A DNA stretch of 59,322 nucleotides, filler included, from Globobulimina sp. (taxonomy: Eukaryota), in NCBI GenBank assembly GCA_003354225.1. It is 8 parts of 8 records of this genome, joined end to end, with 100 filler letters (N's around TTAATTAATTAA, not from the genome) between each part and the next. Parts side by side here need not be neighbours in the genome. Positions count along the whole stretch, not along the records: positions 52,026 to 59,322 come from PIVH01000169.1; 7 more parts are not named here. One strand, 5' to 3'. Below, piece by piece: positions 53,627 to 59,322 of this stretch. The position numbers and the translations under genes were made by a program. Positions within the stretch are counted from its first letter, which is position 1. The number at the start of each line of letters is the position of its first letter. Under the pieces are notes generated by a model. The model was not told the origin of the DNA. It saw nothing but the letters and a program-made list of their open reading frames with translations, and did no database searches.

Positions 53627-56600
53627 ATGAATGGTGCAAAAAAGGTGAATTTGACAGGACATATTCAACTGTCGAATCTTAGCACAACCCAAGAATATGA
53701 ATCAGACACATCGAGTGAATCAGAAATGAGTCGTGATACAATGTCAATAACACACACAATGACCATGACAAACACGCATATTACTGATGGTACGACGGGG
53801 GAAACAATTGGTGGCAATCCGAAGGTTTGTTTTGTTGCTTTAAATTCAAACATCCACCCAACAGAAACAAAAACAACAACAACAACAAGAATTGGGAATG
53901 GGGAGATGTCCAAAAATGGTTAAAGCAAAAAGGACTACCAATGATGATCCAAGTATTTGCAGAAGGCTCCACAGACAAAGATGGCACAGACGGTGCTGAA
54001 CTGTTAACTGTCACTTTAAACAAAATAATGGACGATGCCGGCGCCTATCGAGCCGGTGAAAAATTGAACATTGCTTCCATTGAGGACGCGGAAAACAGTC
54101 CGGTTATCGAGAAATTCTTTCGTGAATTGACCAAATTGCAATTAAAAGCAAACGAATCCTCTTCAGATTTCACAGAGAAAGAGTGTCAAATCAATGACGT
54201 GATTGAGATGAAACGAAGAATATATTTATTCATTGAGAAATGGGATCGAATATTATGGATTGATGGCTATGTTGAGACAAATGGTAAGTTGCCAACCGAT
54301 GATACAATCTCTGAAGAATTGGGTGTATCCATCTCCATCGCCCAAGTATACCTTCATTATCATGAGAACATCGATAGGGTGAAAGGCAAAGATGTGGATG
54401 AATTGTTATTAGATTTCAATGTGTATAATGACTGTGTTATTTGGTGGTTTGTTATTGTTCAAATCTTGACTACAGTCCAAACCAAAGCAATCTGGCTCCT
54501 CTTCAATAAAGTGGCTGAGCTCACGCCTGGCAATGTTGCTATTGAGTTATTAGATCGCTATAAATTCGATTTGACCAGATTTGATGCTGCCAAATTGGAC
54601 CAACTTGCTCAAAATATCGTGATTGGCTCTCAATATCCGGTCTGTGCTGCATTGAGAATGAGCAAATGGTTCATGGATATTGCAGACTATGATGTTGCTC
54701 GCGGTCATGTTTTTGAAGCGGTGTCTGAGAGTTTCATCGAGGCTGCGTTTGACTATTTGGATTTAATTGAATCGGACCATATGGCCACCGTTATATTAGA
54801 GGTCAAATCAGATATCGATAACATGAATGCTTTCGTATGTACTGTATTGTATACATTTATCTATAATTATGTTTTTACGGTACTATGTGTCCAGGATATG
54901 GCGCTGGAGTACGAATTGACAAAATTTGTATCCAATCAACGCGTTGAAAGAGTAACCACATCCATCATGAATGTATGCTACATATTGTGCATTTTTGTTG
55001 TATTAATATGAAAAATGATTTATCCAACCTCAGGATTTTGAGTTTTTACGCCCAATCAATCGAGACGAAGCATTTCAAATTGATCCATTATCCGTGAAAT
55101 TAATTTGGCGAAAAATGTTTTACTCACAAGTTAAATTTATATATTTCCTCATTGTAATAGAATGTCATATAAATGTTTTTAAATACATTTAGTTTTATTT
55201 TACACCGTTAGGAACTTATTGTTGCGAAGTATTTTTATACTTTCTTTATTTATCATTATTTACATATTTATCCATATTACAATTTCGTGTTTTTGATGCC
55301 ATGTCTATGGAGGAATTCATTTTTTGGATTTTCAACGCAGGCTACGTAGCAAATGAGTTACAATCACTGATTGGGAATGGTATTAAACAGTACTTTTCAG
55401 AGACACAAAACTATTTTGATACTATTATCTCGCTAGTATTTATAGCGTCTATTTGCCTTCGACTGTTTGCATTATATTCTGGCGAGCCGTGCGAAACAGC
55501 GGCTACCTCACCGACGCCGTGCTGGTCCACGCATATATTAAATGTGGTCTTTGTCATCTTATGGGGTATTGCTACCATTACATTATGGCTACGGATTATT
55601 AATTTTTGCATTTTGTCACATTCCTTGGGTCCAATGGTAACGATGATATTCAAAATGATGGGGGACATCGGCACTTTTTTCGAGATTATGATCATTTTAT
55701 TTGTGGCGTTTTCAATGTGCTTAATGTTTATTTTAGGCGACGTGTTATCGGATTTTCAAGACCCGCTGAGTGCAGCGGTTACATTATTCCGTGCACTTTT
55801 AGGCGATTTTGAATTCGATGCATTGAACGATTTGTCAGACGAAGGACATGTCTCAGCGGGTGTGCTGTATTTTGGTTACAGCATAATGTTGTTATATTTG
55901 GTAATTGGGAGTTTAGTGTTATTGAATTTATTAATTGCGATGATGGCGAAAACGTTTGATACAATCGAAGAAGACACAACCAGTGCAATTATATTTGCAC
56001 GGTTTCAATTGGCATTAGATAGAGACACCACTGCTTCGTTTATGCCACCTCCTTTGAGTATGTGTACACTGTATATATGTTTTATGTTATTTATTTTTAT
56101 ATATATTTGAAATGGTATATAGATGTATTTGCAATGGCTGTATTATTGGTGTTTTATCTGCTTGAATTTGTAATAAATGTCGTGAAAAGATGTTGTTGCT
56201 TTGTTTTATGCTGTTGTTGCAATAAAAAACCGTTTATCAAATGGGATCTTGCGGTTATTTTGATGCCTACATTTATGAAAGAAAGAAAATTAGAATTGGT
56301 ATGCGTTGAATTTGATATTTTCTTGTTTTGATCATGACAAACATATTACAGTGATGCATCTGGTATTGCACACGCACACATTCTAAATATATACAAAATT
56401 GTTCTAAATGGTTCATTTGTATGTGTATATATTTAGAATGTGGATGGAAATACCACTGTATACTCACCAATAACCGATTAAAAACGGGAAAGCTGAAATT
56501 CCGGTGCATGTTTTCCTTCATTTAACCACATTGCACATACTGTATATTAATATATAGGATGATCAAATATTATATAACAATTGTCACATGTACTGGACCA

Positions 56601-59322
56601 TCAATACCAACAAAGGTGCCACCAAATGCAAGATTGTAAAGTACAAAGGCGAGATTGGCCAACATTATGTGAGGTTTTATAATGAGCAAAACAAAGCTAT
56701 TAAAGTTTCAGTCTCTAATTCTGTTGAAAAAAAGCATCAATGGCAATTAGATTTATTTGATCTGCATCGCGATGGTGACATTGATTTCGCTCAATTTGAT
56801 TCTGTCTTTGTAACATCGGAATGGACATCAATTGCACACAAAGGAATGTCGCAAGCGGCTCGCAGTGACGACAAAGACTATAAATCGCCGTATTGGATTT
56901 GCGGATTTTGTCGTGGCTATGTCAAAGGGAGCAAAATCTCTGTAAAAAGATTAGGCTATGAAATGAATGTCGGCGACATCGAGATGAAGATTATCAACAA
57001 AGTATCACCCGATATCTGCAGCAATTGTTACCGGGTTCGCTTAGAAAGAGATCGCGGCGAATTAGTATGGGAAATAATCAGTTATTGGGTGTACAAAGTG
57101 ATTGTTGCACCATGTTTGTTTTCATTGTTTTTTTTTTCAATTTTGCTCGGTTTATTGCAGGATCCCGATGAGTTGGGCCGTGCTGTCGATATTATCAAAG
57201 CAAAACTGCGTACGACCAAAGACGATGCGACTGGCTTTATTGAGGATGCTGGAGATATGGTTGGCGATTTATTAGATGATGGCAAAATAAATAGTTCCAA
57301 TGAGACCCAGAAGGAAAACAAACATTTAAGCGATCCCAAATACTGCGTCTTTCATTACGCGGATACACAATTAATATCGCATATGAATGAAATGGATGAA
57401 GATAACACAATGTTTGATGTGGCGGTACGCGACGATGTGTGGCAGCTTTTGGCCGACGCGAAAAACGACATTGATGTGTTTTTGCTGCGCGAGAAAATAA
57501 ATAAACACATCCTGTCGTTGAGTGGCGGCGAAGAGTTGAGTACATTCGAATTCTTTGATAACTTCATAAATATGGGAGGCCTCAAGAAAAATGGTGGCGA
57601 TTTCCTATGGGTGGAATATTTCCAACCGTTGGCATTGACCATATTCGAACGCATTCAAGCTTTGAGAGATGACTATATTCCATTACATTTATTCAAAAGA
57701 TATCCGTTTGATTTGCCAATGGTTTTGGATGATTTTACCGGGTATTTCGACGAGAAACAAGATTTCAATAAGCAGCTAACTGACATTTCAAGTGAGGACA
57801 TCGTGGATGCACTCTCTTGTTTGCAGTGTTTAAATTGCATCAATGAACAGCAACGAAAGGCGTTAGTTTTGTCGGTCGACAACGACAAAGATGATGTCTG
57901 GGAGCTGGGTCACGAAGATTCAATGTTTGATAAGTTTGTCAGATATATGCGCGAAGTGCAGGCTCTATTCCAGGACACGCGAACTATTAAGAATATGCTA
58001 CGCGATGTGTCCACTGCCATTGTAGAGCGCGGAGCGGATTCGTCCGTGTTCCGCGACCAAATCCATTTCTTATTTGAAGATATTCGCAATGTTACGCTCG
58101 CCACGCCTTTCTTTAACAGCATGCGGACAGAATTAAAAAAGGGAGAATTAAAATTAGAATTATGGACTATACGGAACACGCTGTATTCATTATATTTTTT
58201 GAGTAACGTCGTACGCAAATATATATTGCGAGAGAACGATCAGTTACATGTGCATAAGCAAGGATTATTGAACAAGGTTTACAAACTATTCGTGCACGAT
58301 ATCATTGATCCGGAAGGCATCACAGATTTGATTTATACGGAAGGCGAAGAGGAGAAACAGCAGAAAGAAGCAGAGGAGAAAAAAAAGCAAGACGACGATG
58401 ATGATGATGTGGGACACAAACATGAAACAACCAAATCATTCACATTTGCACAGAAATCGACAGTCGCGATCGGCGGAGACCAGAAAGAAGAGCATGACGA
58501 AGAGAGCAAGCTTAGCGAAGAGGAGAGGAATCAGATTATATTGGAACGGATGGAGTTGTTCCACAAAGATGCCATAACGGCGTCGGCCATTCGCGACGAA
58601 GTGTCGTCAATTTTTGATAAAATCCAGGAGCGGCGAAGGAATAAAATAACTGAAGCGAGCATTGATTTTTATCGGCGGAATGGCTTAAAAGTTGTGCGGT
58701 TGTTGCAAGACGACGAGTCGTTGCGATATATATTTGAGCAGTTATCGCGTTACGCGACCTTTTATCCGAAACAGATGAAAGCGGAATGCAGTGTGGATTT
58801 ATTGAAGGAGATATTTTATAACACGTTGCTATTTGGCGAGGACTATGCCATCGACGACGAGACCATTCCGAAACTAGTGCGTAGTGACCGATATATTGCG
58901 CAGTTATACCGACATTTATACGATTTGTATGCCGATACGATTGAGAATAAGTTTAATTCCATTATAATTGAGCAGACGTTGGAATACATGACATTGGAAG
59001 ATGTACTGTCGATGATTATGTTATACGAGCGGACCTTCAGCACATTGAACACGAAAATAGTGGAAGATGGCGATACGTTCGTGGCCACTCACGACATATT
59101 TTGTAAGTTCGTGGATGCTGCTTTCGATCCGGACAAAAGTAAACATGAATGGACGAATAAAACCAGCGCAGCCAGCGACTTATTCCAATCCGTATTGGAC
59201 GAACAGCAGCACTTTATAACGCTGGGGCAAATCAGGGAAACTGTTGACAAATTAATGAATGATATTTCCGCCATGAAATGCGGGGAATTGACGCGTATAA
59301 TGAACCATTTGCACAAACAATT
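53627..59322 (+). CDS. TRP-family cation channel with an N-terminal SAM domain and a very long C-terminal extension (multi-exon, 3' truncated)
   Basis: SAM-like WEWGDVQKWLKQKGL...DGAELL; pore TLFRALLGDFEF; S6 LVLLNLLIAMMAKTF; TRP-box-like IFARFQL. The final exon appears open from ~56558 to the window end, which would explain its absence from the ORF track. Confidence 0.85.

Noticed and set aside
57082..59316. Short minus-strand ORFs in the track
   Set aside because: Antisense shadows of the long plus-strand TRP exon. The same applies to the short antisense ORFs over HSP90, the LINE and the phage genes.

Overview
This window is not one locus. It is eight separate ~7.3-kb contigs sorted by decreasing length (>=7391, 7331, 7329, 7329, 7324, 7320, 7301, >=7297 bp) and joined by 100-bp N linkers containing TTAATTAATTAA, so adjacency across linkers has no biological meaning. 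Contigs 1, 5, 6, 7 and 8 are AT-rich eukaryotic DNA with short GT-AG introns. Their repertoire suggests a protist, possibly a foraminiferan or other rhizarian (inference). They encode GRP94/HSP90B1, a Cep57-like protein, an XK-ankyrin-Ras fusion, TRPML and TRP channels, an SDR, a signal-peptide kinase, DBP5 and an RCC1 fusion. Contig 2 is an intronless, single-strand, Bacteroidota-phage-like (crAss-like) fragment with highly structured intergenic regions. Contig 3 is a Ngaro-like tyrosine-recombinase retrotransposon that assembles as a ~7.2-kb loop. Contig 4 is a LINE with a very large SGNH-esterase ORF1 and an AUG-less APE-RT ORF2 that overlaps ORF1 in the -1 frame at a G_GAA_AAC slippery site. 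All family assignments come from motif reading by eye; no database searches were run.
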